Shown here: one piece after another, positions 63,171 to 64,000 of the stretch
Position numbering within the stretch: position 1 is the first letter of the stretch
Layout of the letters: every line of letters begins with the position of its first letter
Program-made: the position numbers and the translations under genes
The notes under the pieces: generated by a model
Told to the model about the DNA's origin: nothing
The model's input: the letters and a program-made list of their open reading frames with translations, nothing else
Databases searched by the model: none
Assembly (NCBI RefSeq): GCF_004010195.1
Contig: NC_057749.1
Span: 11,884,839 to 11,948,838 of the forward strand
Reading direction: 5' to 3'
Origin: Chiloscyllium plagiosum
Taxonomy: Eukaryota
Length of the DNA stretch: 64,000 bases

Positions 63171-63422
63171 CATTTTCCCAATCATCATCACATAGGGTCC
63201 CAGGTACTTGTTGACACCAAAGATGTCAAGGACACGGATATACCAGATGATAATATCCACACAGTAGATGACACGACCATAGCTCATATAGGGTTGACTC
63301 TGGAGCCGCAGTAACACACCACAGCTGAAGATAGCAATTGCCACCATGTCAGTGACATTCCAGTATTCCTGCATCCACACTTTCACCTTCTGCCTCAGTT
63401 TACTTGGCTCTGACATCAGAAT
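63171..63422 (-). CDS. TRPM1: TRPM1 exon (S2-S3 linker, S3, S4, S4-S5 linker); gene continues beyond the window
   Basis: 252 nt, [25 protein letters not shown]...[26 protein letters not shown] and GTGAGT. Confidence 0.95.
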
Positions 63423-64000
63423 CTAAATTTAAAAATAAATTAACAAGAATGGAATTTGTTATTACCCAATAGGCATAAACATGTCATCTCCAATTTCTGT
63501 GGTGTGTTTGATGTAGTACATATGAGCATACAAATTAGATGCAACAGTAGATCATTTGGTCCCTCAAGCCTTCTCTGTCATTCAATAGGATCACGGCTGA
63601 TCGATTATTCCAGATTCCCACCTCATCCTAAATAACCACAAACCTGCTTTCTCTGCCTTAAAAACATTCAAATATCTTGCTTCCTCCACCTTTTGAAGAA
63701 GGGAGTCTGAAAGTGTCATGACACTGAGGAAAGTTTTTGCCTCATCTCTGTCTTGAATGGATGACCCCTTAATTTAAACAGTGTCCTTACATCTAAATGC
63801 TCTTATAAGAAGAAACATCCTTGACACGTCATTCTTGTCAAGTTCCCTCAGGATCTTATACATTTGAATCAAATTGCCTCTTACTCTTCGAAACTCTGGC
63901 GCACAAGGGCTGGTCTGTCCAAACTTTCTTTATAAGATAATCCATTCATAGCTATCAGTTCAAATATTAGTCTGATAAACATTCTCAGAACTGCTTCTAA

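Noticed and set aside
46462..63422. TRPM3 as an alternative identity
   Set aside because: The LYAMEIN microexon, [14 protein letters not shown] loop, STETxC end and adjacency to MTMR10/FAN1 all point to TRPM1.
47786..64000. miR-211/204 hairpin in a TRPM1 intron
   Set aside because: No TTCCCTTTGTCATCC-like mature sequence noticed; its host intron lies in the 5' part of the gene, outside this window.

Overview
Vertebrate genomic DNA, most likely a shark (inferred from HE1/V-SINE-type tRNA SINEs and very dense CR1 LINEs). It carries the conserved FAN1-MTMR10-TRPM1 block. The last coding exon of FAN1 is on + (39-176). A complete 16-exon MTMR10 pseudophosphatase is on - (ATG 33132 to stop 4335, 763 aa, all splice phases consistent) with a compact GC-box promoter. 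The last seven coding exons of TRPM1 are on - (63422 to 46462), including the 21-nt LYAMEIN pore microexon and twin 5' splice sites. Introns and intergenic DNA are filled with nested CR1, L2 and Rex/Babar LINE fragments and two tRNA-SINE families; there is a 931-nt N gap. The most notable non-genic signal is about ten short, often palindromic, target-site-duplicated insertions, most carrying minimal hammerhead-ribozyme cores, plus a ~630-bp palindromic Penelope GIY-YIG fragment with the same ribozyme. A possible decayed extracellular-protein gene lies between FAN1 and MTMR10 (tentative). All calls were read by eye; repeat boundaries are approximate.
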